Positions 1 through 13,311 of a stretch of DNA of 64,000 bases are shown piece after piece. Source of the stretch: Alphaproteobacteria bacterium (GTDB taxonomy: Bacteria; Pseudomonadota; Alphaproteobacteria; MPNO01; UBA830); assembly GCA_965243135.1 (NCBI GenBank), contig OZ251539.1, forward strand, positions 5,888,001-5,952,000, written 5' to 3'. The position numbers and the translations under genes are program-made. Below the pieces are notes generated by a model. It was not told the origin of the DNA. It did not search any database and was given only the letters and a program-made list of their open reading frames with translations. Numbering within the stretch: the stretch's first letter is position 1; each line of letters begins with the position of its first letter.

Positions 1-738
1 GTTGGTGAAAATTTGCTCGGTGTCGCCCACTTCGACCAGGTTCCCGAGATGGAAGAACGCCGTTCGCTGCGACACCCGCGCCGCTTGCTGCATCGAGTGG
101 GTCACGATCACGATGGTGAAGCGCTCCCTCAGCTCGTCGATGAGTTCTTCGATGCGCGCGGTCGCGATCGGATCGAGGGCCGAGCACGGCTCGTCCATCA
201 GGATGATGTCGGGACTGACCGCGATGGCGCGGGCGATGCACAGGCGCTGCTGCTGGCCGCCCGAGAGGCCGGTGCCGGGTTCGTTGAGGCGGTCCTTCAC
301 CTCGTTCAGCAGCCCGGCCTTTTCCAGGCTCGTGTAGACGATCTCGTCGAGTTCCTGCTTGCCGTTGGCGAGGCCGTGAATCCGGGGACCGTAGGCGATG
401 TTGTCGTAAATCGACTTCGGGAACGGATTGGGTTTCTGGAAGACCATGCCGACGCGGGCGCGAAGCTGCACGACGTCGATCGACGGATCGCCGATGTCCT
501 CGTTTCCGATCGCGATTCGGCCGCTGACGCGGCAGCCCTCGATCACGTCGTTCATTCGGTTCAGGCAGCGCAGGAAGGTCGATTTCCCGCAGCCGGAAGG
601 GCCGATCAACGCCGTGACCCGGTGCTCCGGGATGTCCAGGTCGACGTCGAAAAGCGCCTGCTTCCCGCCGTAGAACACGTTCACGCCGCGCGCCGTGATC
701 TTCGCCGTCGCCGCCGCGTTCGCCGTCGGGTCGGCCAT
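1..738 (-). CDS. pstB: Phosphate ABC transporter ATP-binding protein (runs off window start)
   Basis: Manual minus-strand translation from ATG 738: [29 protein letters not shown], Walker [43 protein letters not shown]; directly downstream of pstA. Confidence 0.96.
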   Translation of the reverse strand, partial: MADPTANAAATAKITARGVNVFYGGKQALFDVDLDIPEHRVTALIGPSGCGKSTFLRCLNRMNDVIEGCRVSGRIAIGNEDIGDPSIDVVQLRARVGMVFQKPNPFPKSIYDNIAYGPRIHGLANGKQELDEIVYTSLEKAGLLNEVKDRLNEPGTGLSGGQQQRLCIARAIAVSPDIILMDEPCSALDPIATARIEELIDELRERFTIVIVTHSMQQAARVSQRTAFFHLGNLVEVGDTEQIFTN

Positions 739-753
739 TTCCGTCGCCTCGCT

Positions 754-2043
754 TTACCAGCGCCGCTCGAACCGCTTGCGCAGCAGCACGGCGATCAGAT
801 TCATCGCCACCAGGAACGCGAGCAGCACGAGGATCGCGGCGCTCGTTCGCTCCGCGAACGCGCGTTCCGGAAGGTCGCTCCACAAGAAGATCTGGACGGG
901 AAGGACGGTGGAGGCGCTAAGGGGGCCTTCGGGAATGTCGACGATGAACGCCACCATGCCGATCATCAGGAGCGGCGCCGTTTCGCCGAGCGCCTGCGCC
1001 ATGCCGATGATCGTTCCCGTCAGCGTGCCGGGCAGCGCGAGGGGGAGAACGTGATGCGCCACGGTCTGCTGGCGCGACGCGCCGACGCCGAGCGCCGCTT
1101 CGCGGATGGAAGGCGGAACGGCGCGCAAGGCCGCGCGGGTCGCGATGATGATCGTGGGCAGCGTCATCAGCGCGAGCACCATGCCGCCGACCAGGGGAGC
1201 CGACCGCGGCAGGCCGAAGAAGTTGAGGAACACCGCGAGGCCGAGAAGGCCGAACACGATCGAGGGCACCGCCGCGAGGTTGTTGATGTTGACCTCGATC
1301 AGATCCGTCCAGCGATTCTTCGGCGCGAACTCCTCGAGATAGACCGCCGCCGCGACGCCGACCGGAAAACTCAGCAACAGCGTAATCAGCATCGTCCAGA
1401 AGGAACCGACGATCGCTCCCCAGATGCCGGCCTGCTCGGGTTCGCGCGAAGCGCCCGCCGAGAACAGGGTGGCGTTGAACTGCGCTTCGACGCGCCCGTC
1501 GGCGTTCAGTTCGTCGTACCACGCGATTTGCTTGTCCTTGAACGGGCGCTCGCCTTCGGGGATTTCGCGCGAAAGCTTGCCCTTGTGGAACTGGTCCATG
1601 TCGTCGGACGCCGTCAGCCAGATCTCGCGCGTCTCGCCGATCAGGTCCGGGTCGGAGAGGACCATGTCGCGCAGTTCGAGATCCGCGCCCGAGCTTACGA
1701 GCCGGCGAAGCTCGCGCCGGTCGCGGCGCTTCTTCACGTCCGGAAAGATCGTCCGGAGCGCGTTGGCGTAGAGCGCCGCGAAATCGGCGTTCCGCAGCGC
1801 GTCGGGGTCGCGGGCGCCGCCGACGATCTGCGGGTCGAAATGGATGTTCAGCTTGACGTTGGTCTGCACGAACGCGGAGTACCCCGTCGAGACGATGCTG
1901 AAGACGAGCCACAGCAACGCTCCCATGGCGAGCGCGACGGCCGCGACGCCGTAGGCTCTGAACCGGCGCTCGGCCGCGCGGCGCTTTTTCATCGATCGCC
2001 GCCCCGCCGCCGCGAGGGGAAGCGCTCGCGATACTTCAGTCAT
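754..2043 (-). CDS. pstA: Phosphate ABC transporter permease PstA
   Basis: NINNLAAVPSIVFGLLGLA, SIREAALGVGAS, GETAPLL motifs; operon context. Confidence 0.96.
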   Translation of the reverse strand: MTEVSRALPLAAAGRRSMKKRRAAERRFRAYGVAAVALAMGALLWLVFSIVSTGYSAFVQTNVKLNIHFDPQIVGGARDPDALRNADFAALYANALRTIFPDVKKRRDRRELRRLVSSGADLELRDMVLSDPDLIGETREIWLTASDDMDQFHKGKLSREIPEGERPFKDKQIAWYDELNADGRVEAQFNATLFSAGASREPEQAGIWGAIVGSFWTMLITLLLSFPVGVAAAVYLEEFAPKNRWTDLIEVNINNLAAVPSIVFGLLGLAVFLNFFGLPRSAPLVGGMVLALMTLPTIIIATRAALRAVPPSIREAALGVGASRQQTVAHHVLPLALPGTLTGTIIGMAQALGETAPLLMIGMVAFIVDIPEGPLSASTVLPVQIFLWSDLPERAFAERTSAAILVLLAFLVAMNLIAVLLRKRFERRW

Positions 2044-3418
2044 ATTGCTCCCTGTATTTCCTGACGACCATCAGCGCGATGACGTTCATGGTCAGCGTCG
2101 CGCAGAAGAGAACGAGGCCGAGCGCGAAGGCCGCGAGGGTCTTCGCGCTGTCGAATTCCTGGTCCCCGATCAGCAGGGTCACGATCTGGACGGTCACGGT
2201 CGTCACCGCCTCGAACGGATTGGCGGTGAGGTTCGCCGCGAGTCCCGCCGCCATGACGACGATCATCGTCTCGCCGATGGCGCGGCTGACCGCGAGCAGG
2301 AACGCGGCGAAGATGCCGGGGAGAGCCGCCGGCAGGACGACCCTCTTGATCGTTTCCGACTGCGTGGCGCCCAGCGCGTAGGATCCGTCGCGGAGCGATC
2401 GGGGCACGGCGTTGATCACGTCGTCCGACAGCGACGAGATGAAGGGGATGATCATGATGCCCATGACGAAGCCCGCCGCCAGCGCGCTTTCCGAGGCGAC
2501 GTCGAGGCCGAGCTCCGAACCCGCGCCCCGAAGAAGCGGAGCGACGGTCAGGGCGGCGAAAAATCCGTAGACGACCGTCGGAATGCCGGCGAGAATCTCG
2601 AGGATCGGCTTGACGAATCCGCGTATCCGCCGGCTTGCGTAATCGGCCAGGTATATGGCGGAGAACAGGCCGATCGGAACGGCGATCAGCATCGCGATTC
2701 CGGTGATGAGGAGCGTTCCGGCGAACAGGGGGATCGCGCCGAACGCGCCGGACGCGCCCACCTGGTCCTTGCGCAAGGCGGTCTGCGGACTCCATTCCGT
2801 GCCGAACAGGAATTCGGTCACCGGGACCTCGCGGAAGAACCTGATGGACTCGAAAATCAGCGACAGCACGATGCCGACGGTGGTGACGACCGCGATCGTC
2901 GAGCAGGCGATAAGGAAGCCCTTGATCGCCGTTTCGACGTGGTTGCGGGCGCGCAACTGCGGCGTCATGTTCCGGAGCGCCAATGCGCCGGCCCCGATCC
3001 CGAGCGCGCAGACCAGCGCCAGCAGCGCGCCGTTGCCGATCGAGCGGAGCTCGTTCAGGTGCCGCGCCGCGGCTTCCGTCGCGGGATCGGGGTCGCGGCC
3101 GACGATGTTGCCGTCGGCCAGGCTCGCGATGTCGTTCACCAGCAGGTCGAGCCGGTCCGGCGGCAGGTTGCGGAGGTCGGCAGGCAGCGCCGACACGATC
3201 ATGCTTTCGAGGACGAGCGGTTGAAAGGCCAGCCACAGCGCCGCGGCGACCGCCGCCGGCAGGGCGCACCAAAGCGCCAGGTAGGTCCCGTGATAGACCG
3301 GTCTCGAATGCAGCGCCCGGGCGTCGCCGCCCGCGCGCCGGCGGCCCATGCAATACCCCAGGAGCGCGAGAACGGCCAAGACTGGAAACAGAACGGACGG
3401 CGACATCGTTTTCCACAA
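2036..3418 (-). CDS. pstC: Phosphate ABC transporter permease PstC
   Basis: EILAGIPTVVYGFFA, SRAIGETMIV motifs; overlaps pstA start; start may be ATG 3406. Confidence 0.96.
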   Translation of the reverse strand: MWKTMSPSVLFPVLAVLALLGYCMGRRRAGGDARALHSRPVYHGTYLALWCALPAAVAAALWLAFQPLVLESMIVSALPADLRNLPPDRLDLLVNDIASLADGNIVGRDPDPATEAAARHLNELRSIGNGALLALVCALGIGAGALALRNMTPQLRARNHVETAIKGFLIACSTIAVVTTVGIVLSLIFESIRFFREVPVTEFLFGTEWSPQTALRKDQVGASGAFGAIPLFAGTLLITGIAMLIAVPIGLFSAIYLADYASRRIRGFVKPILEILAGIPTVVYGFFAALTVAPLLRGAGSELGLDVASESALAAGFVMGIMIIPFISSLSDDVINAVPRSLRDGSYALGATQSETIKRVVLPAALPGIFAAFLLAVSRAIGETMIVVMAAGLAANLTANPFEAVTTVTVQIVTLLIGDQEFDSAKTLAAFALGLVLFCATLTMNVIALMVVRKYREQYD

Positions 3419-3500
3419 GCTGCGCTGCTCGGAACGGCGGTCAGTCGGGCGACGGCCGCGGACGTTAGCGCGCCGCTACCGGCGAAGGGGGTCCAAAAAT

Positions 3501-3529
3501 AAGACGGTTTTATGAATTTTTTGTGACAT
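3501..3529 (-). promoter_or_regulatory. Pho box (PhoB binding site), three 11-bp-spaced half sites
   Basis: Minus strand ATGTCAC-AAAA-AATTCAT-AAAA-CCGTCTT resembles CTGTCAT-N4-CTGTCAT, directly upstream of pstC. Confidence 0.8.
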
Positions 3530-3538
3530 CGGACGCCG

Positions 3539-4888
3539 TCATCCAGACCCCGCTTCGGAGGCGGGCAGGCGGACGGTGAACGTGCTGCCGACGCCGACCT
3601 CCGAGGCGATCTCGATCTCGCCGCGATGGCGGTTGACGATATGCTTCACGATGGCGAGTCCGAGGCCGGTGCCGCCCACGGCGCGGGATCGGGTCGCGTC
3701 GACGCGGTAAAATCGTTCGGTGAGTCTCGGTAGGTGTTCGGCGGCGATGCCCGGGCCGTTGTCCGTCACGGAAACCTCCGCCCAATCGGGGTCGCCGAAG
3801 TGGGTGACGAGCCGCACCACCTTGTTCTCGCCGCTGTAGTTGATGGCGTTCTCGACGAGGTTGCTGAACAGCTGCGCCAGATCGGCGACGTCGCCGACGA
3901 TGTCGCGCGCGCCGAGGCCGGGCTCGAGCGCTATCTCGATTCCGCGCTTCGACGCCGGAAGCTCGAGCGCCCCGACCACGTTCGACAATATCCGGGAAAG
4001 GTCGACGACGTCGGTGGGCGGACTCTTCTCGTTCTGCTCGATCCGCGACAGCGACAGAAGGTCGTCGATCAACTGGGTCATGCGCGCGGCGTGGGTCGCC
4101 ATCATGTCGGTGAACTTCCGGCGGCCTTCGGGGTCGTCGCGCGCCGGTCCCCGAAGCGTCTCGATGCAGCCGCTCAGCACCGACAGCGGCGTCTTGAGTT
4201 CGTGACTCGCGTTGGCGACGAAATCCGACCGCATTTGATGGGTTCGCTTGATTTCGGTGACGTCGACGAAGGTCAGGACCGCGGCCGTGCCGTCGAACGC
4301 CGCCGGCAGGCTCCGGATCTGGGCGTTGAGCGATCTCGCCGCGGGAAACGCGGCTTCGAAATCCACGAGCTCGCGGCCGCCTCCGGCCAGCGCGCGATCG
4401 ACCGCCGCCAGCACTTCCGGGTTCCGCAGGAGCGACGACAGATCCCTGCCGGGGACGGCTTCTCCCAGCAGTTCCGTAACGCCGACGGTGTTCCGCAGGA
4501 TCTGGCGGTCGGCGTTGAGCAGCACCAGCGGGTAGGGCAATTCTTCGAGGATCCTTTCCGCCGAGTCGGCGCGGGCGCTCAGTTGGGCGCGCTCGCGCCG
4601 CCACGCGTCGCGCAGCGCCGCGACGGCCTGGAGGAATTCCGGGAACGGCTCCCGTCCGCCCGGCGTTTCGGCGCCGCCGGCGCGCGCGAGGAGTTCGACG
4701 AAGCGGGCGGCGCGGTGGACGGAGCCCAGCGCCCAGCGGACCATGGCGGCGAGCAGCGCCGCGCATGCGGCGGAGGCGAGCAGCGCCGGCGTCCAGTCCA
4801 GCAGTCCGAACGCGGCGAGGCCGACGAGGACAACGACGGGCGGCGCGGCCGCGGTCGCGGCGAACCGGACGAATCGACCGAGCGGCAT
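3539..4888 (-). CDS. phoR: Phosphate regulon sensor histidine kinase
   Basis: H-box [50 protein letters not shown]; adjacent to pst genes. Confidence 0.92.
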   Translation of the reverse strand: MPLGRFVRFAATAAAPPVVVLVGLAAFGLLDWTPALLASAACAALLAAMVRWALGSVHRAARFVELLARAGGAETPGGREPFPEFLQAVAALRDAWRRERAQLSARADSAERILEELPYPLVLLNADRQILRNTVGVTELLGEAVPGRDLSSLLRNPEVLAAVDRALAGGGRELVDFEAAFPAARSLNAQIRSLPAAFDGTAAVLTFVDVTEIKRTHQMRSDFVANASHELKTPLSVLSGCIETLRGPARDDPEGRRKFTDMMATHAARMTQLIDDLLSLSRIEQNEKSPPTDVVDLSRILSNVVGALELPASKRGIEIALEPGLGARDIVGDVADLAQLFSNLVENAINYSGENKVVRLVTHFGDPDWAEVSVTDNGPGIAAEHLPRLTERFYRVDATRSRAVGGTGLGLAIVKHIVNRHRGEIEIASEVGVGSTFTVRLPASEAGSG

Positions 4889-4954
4889 CCTCGTCCCGCT
4901 CCGGTTCAGGCGTCGCCCGGCGGCGGCGCGTTCCTCCGGCCGACCCGCTGCGCG

Positions 4955-7237
<2,283 letters not shown>

Positions 7238-7495
7238 GATCGCCTCGGTCCTCGCAGGCTGCAGGATAGAGAGGAAACCATGCCTGTCCAAGCGGCGCGT
7301 CGCGTCGCTCCGGCGCGGTCCGGGAAGAAGGGTTTCCGCGAGATGCCGGTCGTTCGTTCGGCGGCCGGGCAGCGCCTTCGGCGGCGCGCCGGGCCGCCGA
7401 AGGCGCTTCGAAACGACGGAGGCGGCTCCCGGTATCCGCAGGCACGCGGACGGTCGCCTCTGTGTTATTTTCGGATCGTGATCCAGGCGAACCAC

Positions 7496-10150
7496 ATGGC
7501 GACGCAGACCGAACCGGGGCACGAAAATCCGGCCGCCCCCGGGCCGGACGAATCGACCCCGATGATGGCCCAATACACGGAGATCAAGCGGGCGCATCCC
7601 GACGCGATCCTGTTCTACCGCATGGGCGACTTCTACGAGATGTTCTTCGAGGACGCGGAACGCGCCGCGTCCGCGCTCGACATCACGCTCACGCGCCGGG
7701 GGCGGCACGGAGGGGAGCACATTCCCATGTGCGGGGTGCCGGTTCACGCGGCCGAGACGTATCTCCAGCGCCTGATCCGCAAGGGTTTCCGCGTCGCGGT
7801 CTGCGAGCAGACCGAGGAGCCCACGGCCGCGAGGAAGCGCGGCGCCAGGGCGGTCGTTCGCCGCGAGGTCGTGCGCGTCGTCACGCCCGGCACCATCGTC
7901 GAGGACGCGTTGCTCGACAACCGCCGGCATAACTTTCTTGCGGCGCTCGCGGATGCGGGGAGCGGCCTCGGCATTGCGTGGCTCGACGTCTCGACCGGAG
8001 CGTTTTCCGTCCAGCCGGTGGACCGCGCTTCGTTGCCGGCGACGCTCGCGCGCATCGACCCCGGCGAATTGCTGGCGCCGGAGCGCCTGTTCGCGTCGCC
8101 CGAGATCGCCTCGGTTCTCGACGACTATAAAACCGCCGCGGCGCCGCTTCCCAATCCCCGGTTCAACAGCGAATCGGCGCGCCGCCGGCTGGAGGGGCTG
8201 TACGCCGTCAGGGCGCTCGACGCTTTCGGCGATTTCGGCAGGGCGGAGCTTTCGGCGTGCGGCGCTTTGGTGGAATACGTGGAGCTGACCCAGAAGGGCC
8301 GGTTGCCGCGTCTGCAACGTCCGCAGCGCCTCCCGAGAGGCGGCGCGATGGACATCGATCCGGCGACGCGCCGCAACCTGGAAATCGCCCGAACCCTGTC
8401 GGGCGAGCGCGACGGCTCCCTGCTGGCGGTCGTCGACCGCACCGTGACGTCCGCCGGAGGACGCCTGCTGGCGGGGCGGCTCGCAGCTCCGTTGACGGCC
8501 GTCGCGGCCATACGGGCGCGTCACGACTCGGTGGACTGGTTCGTGGAGCGGGCGCAGGCGCGGGACGACGTTCGCGGCCTGCTGCGGGCGATTCCCGACA
8601 TGGAGCGTGCGCTGTCGCGCCTGACCATCGGCCGCGGCGGCCCTCGCGACCTTGCAGCCGTGCGGGACGGCCTCGCCGGCGCCGGCGCCGTGCGGAAAGC
8701 GCTGGAAGGCGCCGGCGCGCCGCCGGCCGAGCTGGCGGAGGCGACGACGGATCTCGAAGGGCATGGAGATGCGGTCGCGCGCCTCGACCTCTCCCTCGCC
8801 GACGAGCTTCCCGGCGCCGCGCGCGAAGGCGGCTTCGTCCGCGCCGGGTTTTCTCCGCAACTCGACGAGTTGAGGACGCTGCGCGACGAGAGCCGCAAGC
8901 ACATCGCCGCCCTTCAGGCCCGCTACGTCCGCGACACCGGCATCGTTTCGCTCAAGATCCGCCACAATCACGTGCTCGGCTATTTCGTCGAGGTCAAGGC
9001 GACGCAGGCTGCCAACGTTCCGGCGGGGGAGGGCAGTCCGTTCATCCATCGCCAGACCCTGGCGTCCGCGGTGCGCTACTCCACCGTCGAGCTCGGCGAC
9101 CTCGAAGGAAAGCTGGCTCAGGCCGGCGAGCGGGCGCTTGCGCTGGAACTGGAGATTTTCGACGGCCTGGCGGCCGAGCTCGGGGAGCGCGCCGAAGAAA
9201 TATCCCGGGCGGCCGCGGCGCTCGCCGCGCTGGACGTCGCCGCCGCCATGGCCTTTCTGGCGGTCGAACGCCGCTACGTGCGGCCGCATGTCGACGACGG
9301 CGACGAATTCCGCGTCGAAGGCGGGCGCCATCCCGTGGTCGAGGTCTCCACCGTGGACGCGTTCGTCGCCAACGACTGCGATCTCGCCAAGGACCGCCGC
9401 CTGTGGCTGGTCACCGGTCCCAACATGGCGGGGAAATCGACGTTTCTGCGGCAGAACGCGTTGATCGCCGTTCTCGCGCAGGCGGGATCCTTCGTGCCGG
9501 CGAATTCGGCGCATATCGGCGTCGTCGACCGGCTGTTCAGCCGGGTGGGCGCGGCCGACGACCTCGCGCGCGGCCGGTCGACGTTCATGGTGGAGATGGT
9601 GGAGACGGCCGGCATCGTCAATCAGGCGACGGAACGTTCGCTGGTCATCCTGGACGAGATCGGCCGCGGCACCGCGACGTTCGACGGCTTGTCGATCGCG
9701 TGGGCGACGCTCGAGCATCTGCACGACGTAAATCGTTGCCGCGCCCTGTTCGCGACCCATTTCCACGAGCTTACGTCCCTCACGTCGCGGCTGGACGCGC
9801 TTTCCTGCCGCACGATGCGGGTCAAGGAGTGGGAAGGCGAGGTCGTGTTTCTGCACGAGGTGATCGCCGGCGTTGCGGATCAGTCCTACGGCGTGCACGT
9901 GGCGCGGCTCGCCGGATTGCCCGAGGCGGTCGTCGCAAGGGCGCGCGAGGTGCTCGGCATTCTCGAACAGGGCGAACAGTCCGGGGCGCTCGCGCGGCTC
10001 GCCGAGGATCTGCCTCTGTTTTCGGCGAAGACGTCGCAGCCCGAGGCGCCTCCTCCGCCCGCGGTCGTCGCGCTGGGCGACGTGAATCCCGACGAGTTGA
10101 CGCCGCGCGCCGCGCTGGATCTCGTATACCGGCTGAAGGGCCTGATCTGA
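7496..10150 (+). CDS. mutS: DNA mismatch repair protein MutS
   Basis: [53 protein letters not shown]. Confidence 0.98.
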   Translation: MATQTEPGHENPAAPGPDESTPMMAQYTEIKRAHPDAILFYRMGDFYEMFFEDAERAASALDITLTRRGRHGGEHIPMCGVPVHAAETYLQRLIRKGFRVAVCEQTEEPTAARKRGARAVVRREVVRVVTPGTIVEDALLDNRRHNFLAALADAGSGLGIAWLDVSTGAFSVQPVDRASLPATLARIDPGELLAPERLFASPEIASVLDDYKTAAAPLPNPRFNSESARRRLEGLYAVRALDAFGDFGRAELSACGALVEYVELTQKGRLPRLQRPQRLPRGGAMDIDPATRRNLEIARTLSGERDGSLLAVVDRTVTSAGGRLLAGRLAAPLTAVAAIRARHDSVDWFVERAQARDDVRGLLRAIPDMERALSRLTIGRGGPRDLAAVRDGLAGAGAVRKALEGAGAPPAELAEATTDLEGHGDAVARLDLSLADELPGAAREGGFVRAGFSPQLDELRTLRDESRKHIAALQARYVRDTGIVSLKIRHNHVLGYFVEVKATQAANVPAGEGSPFIHRQTLASAVRYSTVELGDLEGKLAQAGERALALELEIFDGLAAELGERAEEISRAAAALAALDVAAAMAFLAVERRYVRPHVDDGDEFRVEGGRHPVVEVSTVDAFVANDCDLAKDRRLWLVTGPNMAGKSTFLRQNALIAVLAQAGSFVPANSAHIGVVDRLFSRVGAADDLARGRSTFMVEMVETAGIVNQATERSLVILDEIGRGTATFDGLSIAWATLEHLHDVNRCRALFATHFHELTSLTSRLDALSCRTMRVKEWEGEVVFLHEVIAGVADQSYGVHVARLAGLPEAVVARAREVLGILEQGEQSGALARLAEDLPLFSAKTSQPEAPPPPAVVALGDVNPDELTPRAALDLVYRLKGLI
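9981..10150 (+). repeat. Direct repeat copy 1: 3' end of intact mutS (island left boundary)
   Basis: Aligns with 15237-15398 with mostly synonymous differences. Confidence 0.93.
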
Positions 10151-10598
10151 CGGCGGCGATCGAGCGTCGGGGCGCGGCGTCTTGCACGCTCCTGCCGAAC
10201 GGCGCTTCCGGGTCGTTTCCACCGCCCGGCGCGGCTCCCCCGATTCGCCCTCCGGCTGAATCAGGAAAGACGGCGGCCACTTGGAAAAGGGGGCGCTGAA
10301 GGGGCGCAGAGGGCGCGGACGGACTTCGGGCTTCCGGCCGAACGCCGACCGGGCGGCGTCGAACTGGGGCCGCCGTGCCGCAGTGGCGAGGCCGTTCATG
10401 ACGTTCTCCAGCGAGGTCGCCGGACAGCCTCCGTTGCCCGAGTTCATGAAGCCATGGACATTCGTGTTCAACGCCGCATCGGCGCGGTGTTTCGGAGGCG
10501 GGCTTCAACCCTGCCGCGCGCCGCCCTTTCTCCGGCGGCGGCTTGTTTTTCCTCTGGGCGGCGGTGCGGAGAACTTCACTGCAAGCGACGCTGGAAGG

Positions 10599-12692
10599 TC
10601 ACTTTTCCGCAGCGGCCTCGACGGCCTTGCGCATCTCGCTTACCGCTTCCGTCAAGCTTGGTTTTTTTCTGGCGTCGCGTTCAACTTCCTGCCATTGCGC
10701 GAACTGGCGAAGCAGCGCATAGCCCTTACCCCCGCCGTGCCGCAACGTTTGATGCAGTACGGAGGCCGGCGTTCCATTGCGGTAGGCGAGTTCGCAACAG
10801 GCGGCCACGAGCGTATCGTCGCCGCCTAGTGCGCTGAGATCGTCGGCCAAGAGTTCGCTGTAGGGCGAATTCCGCGCCGGAGCTCCCTTCGCGTCGAGGC
10901 CGTCGAATGTCATCGAATGCCGGGCGAACAATCGTCGGATGTCGTTCTCGAGACGCTCGGACAGGTGGGTAACTTGAATCGTCAGCCAGCATTCCCGAAC
11001 GGCGTCAAACAAAACTCGCCACAACTCCCCGGGGTCGGCCCGGCGAGCGCCGGTCTCCGAGCACAACCAGTCCAGTGCAGCCATTCCCGAGGAGACCAGA
11101 AAGAGGGACGGGGCCATGCCTTCCGAATCTTTGGTCTGTCGCCAATGTTGGACGGCGCGCCTTTGTTCGGCGAGAGGTTGCCATGACTGCTTCCATCGCT
11201 TGGCCGGATCCCCTGCGTTCGCCAGCAAGTAGCCCACGCAAGAAGCTGGAAAACCGGTAGCGCCCGCATCCGTAGCGGCCTCTTCTTCGAATCCCCGGTC
11301 GCGGGCAGCCAGAAGAACATCCAGCTGTTCAAGAATGTCCGACGATCTTGCCTGGTCGTCGCCAATCATGCAGTCGGTCGCCGCCATCATGGCGAGAGCC
11401 GAAAGGCGGGGCGACCTGCGATCATTGCTCGAGGACGATGGCGGTTCGCTCGGGTCGTCGCGACTCGCGCCGCTTCGAAAGTCCACGTATAGAGCGATCC
11501 TGGATCCGGTTAGCCCGGCACTGGCGAGGCCGGCGCCGATCCATTCGATCATGCTCGTCTGAGCGAGGACTTCAGGCCTACGCTGGCCGCGCTCCATTCG
11601 CTCGTCCATCGCCTTCATGAGCAACCATTGGGTGCCCAGGAATCCGCCGTCTTTTCTGCCCATTACGATTCCCGCCAGATCGGCTATCCAAGACGACAGC
11701 GCGGCGCTCGCCGCATCGCTGTCAGCCGTGAACTCCTGACCGCACCACATGCGCCACAGGCTGCGGCAGCGTTCGTCGACCGCGTTGAGCGAAAGCGCTG
11801 CCAACAGGCTGCCGTTCCAGTCCTTTTCGTCTTTCTCGCGAACGCATGACGGCGCCGAGCGAAGAATTTTCGCCAACAGGCCGTGATCGTACCGTATCGA
11901 CCGATGCCGCAAGATTTGCTGCAACGGTTGCGGAAATCGGATTTTGTCCAGCCGCGACAGAGCGCCGGCCGGGTCCGCCATCAAGACCGGAGCCACCATG
12001 TCCAGATCGTCGAAGTCCACCAGGAAACCGCCGCCCGCCGCATCGCGCCAAAGGCGGCTCAACAAGGGGCGTTGAAGCCACTCGCGGACAAAGCGGTCGA
12101 ACGCTTCTCGTTCGTGCGCGTACGCCCCCTCGCCAGGACAGTCATTGATCCGGGCGACGCGATTCTCCAGCCACCGCAAGCAAGCCGCGCGCGCTCCGCG
12201 GTGCGCTCGGAGCGCTTCCGCAAACGATGACACCAATTCAACGTACGCAAGATCGTCCTCGGCGCCCAAGGACCACAGATCGGTCGTCCGCGGTTCCGCA
12301 ACCGCCCCTCGATCCTCAAGTTCGCGGACCAAGGCCAACGCGAAAGCTCTGCCGTATAGAATCGCACCGACGTCTTTCCACTCATGGGGGTCGTCTCGTA
12401 GAAACGCCGCGACGGCATCCGTTAGGCGGACACGAAGAACGGGATCGTCCACGCCAGCCGGCGTTTCTCCTGGGGAAGCGCCGACGGATGCCGGGTGCGC
12501 CAGGAGTTCGGCGGCCGAATGGCGTTCGAGCGCGGCTACGCCCCCACGTTCCAAAGCGGCCTTTTGGATCCAGGTCGCCATGCCGCGTACCGCGGGGTCA
12601 ACATCAAGGATGCCGTACGCTTGGGTCCGGGCGCTCTCTCGTCGCTGACGAACGGGATCGTTGTCGAGACGATCAAGCCGGCGCCCGCCCAT
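10599..12692 (-). CDS. Large hypothetical protein (~697 aa, probably helical); third gene of island operon
   Basis: Long ORF; ATG at 12692 overlaps the upstream stop (TGATG coupling); no recognisable catalytic motif. Confidence 0.8.
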   Translation of the reverse strand: MGGRRLDRLDNDPVRQRRESARTQAYGILDVDPAVRGMATWIQKAALERGGVAALERHSAAELLAHPASVGASPGETPAGVDDPVLRVRLTDAVAAFLRDDPHEWKDVGAILYGRAFALALVRELEDRGAVAEPRTTDLWSLGAEDDLAYVELVSSFAEALRAHRGARAACLRWLENRVARINDCPGEGAYAHEREAFDRFVREWLQRPLLSRLWRDAAGGGFLVDFDDLDMVAPVLMADPAGALSRLDKIRFPQPLQQILRHRSIRYDHGLLAKILRSAPSCVREKDEKDWNGSLLAALSLNAVDERCRSLWRMWCGQEFTADSDAASAALSSWIADLAGIVMGRKDGGFLGTQWLLMKAMDERMERGQRRPEVLAQTSMIEWIGAGLASAGLTGSRIALYVDFRSGASRDDPSEPPSSSSNDRRSPRLSALAMMAATDCMIGDDQARSSDILEQLDVLLAARDRGFEEEAATDAGATGFPASCVGYLLANAGDPAKRWKQSWQPLAEQRRAVQHWRQTKDSEGMAPSLFLVSSGMAALDWLCSETGARRADPGELWRVLFDAVRECWLTIQVTHLSERLENDIRRLFARHSMTFDGLDAKGAPARNSPYSELLADDLSALGGDDTLVAACCELAYRNGTPASVLHQTLRHGGGKGYALLRQFAQWQEVERDARKKPSLTEAVSEMRKAVEAAAEK

Positions 12693-13297
12693 CAGCTCAT
12701 TCTCCAGCACTCTTCGAAGAAATCCACGGCCCTTGTTTCCTCGGCTTGCCAAGGCCCGCTGGCCGCACCCGGGTGACCTCCACCGACCGTAGCCCCGAAA
12801 TGCCACAGCGCACCGTCAACCACGGCAAAGCGATCATGCAAGAACGGGTAAGAATTCCTATGCAGCGTCGCGTGCCACCGAACGTTCACGCGTTGGCCAT
12901 CTCGATGCAAATTGATGTGATTTTCCATGTCGATACGATTTCTCTCCAAATCGTCCACGCTACCTGTAAGTAGACGCACATCGGATGCTTGGCTCCCCTC
13001 GAAAGCGCGTTGGAGCGATTTCACGCCTGTCTCGTCGAAGTGCCTATCCATGATGAGCAGTCGGCGGTGGGCGGCTGCGACGGCTTGCGCGAAAGCGGGC
13101 AGCGTCATGGCCGACGTTCTGCATTGATCTCGCCGCCGATAGATGTTCTCCCTATCCGGAAAGCGCGCAGCGTCCAAGCTTTCTCCGTGGAGGCCGACCG
13201 ATGGCCAGAGCAAGGTTGGCGGCGCAGCCGGGGGCGGCGGTATCGGCCGGATTCGGTAGTCGTCGGCGGTCGTCCTGGGAGTTAGGCGGCTGGACAT
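12692..13297 (-). CDS. Small PLD-superfamily (HDRF-variant) putative nuclease
   Basis: LLIMDRHF and LHDRFAVVDGALWHFGATVGG motifs; start MSSRLTPR 14 nt after the upstream stop. Confidence 0.75.
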   Translation of the reverse strand: MSSRLTPRTTADDYRIRPIPPPPAAPPTLLWPSVGLHGESLDAARFPDRENIYRRRDQCRTSAMTLPAFAQAVAAAHRRLLIMDRHFDETGVKSLQRAFEGSQASDVRLLTGSVDDLERNRIDMENHINLHRDGQRVNVRWHATLHRNSYPFLHDRFAVVDGALWHFGATVGGGHPGAASGPWQAEETRAVDFFEECWRMS

Positions 13298-13311
13298 GAG
13301 ATCGTTAAGGT

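Noticed and set aside
13-3502. Long plus-strand ORFs of 683 and 485 aa
   Set aside because: Antisense shadows of pstB, pstA and pstC.
10151-10598. Possible integrase or att remnant after mutS
   Set aside because: No recombinase motif could be recognised; it may be an unidentifiable gene fragment.
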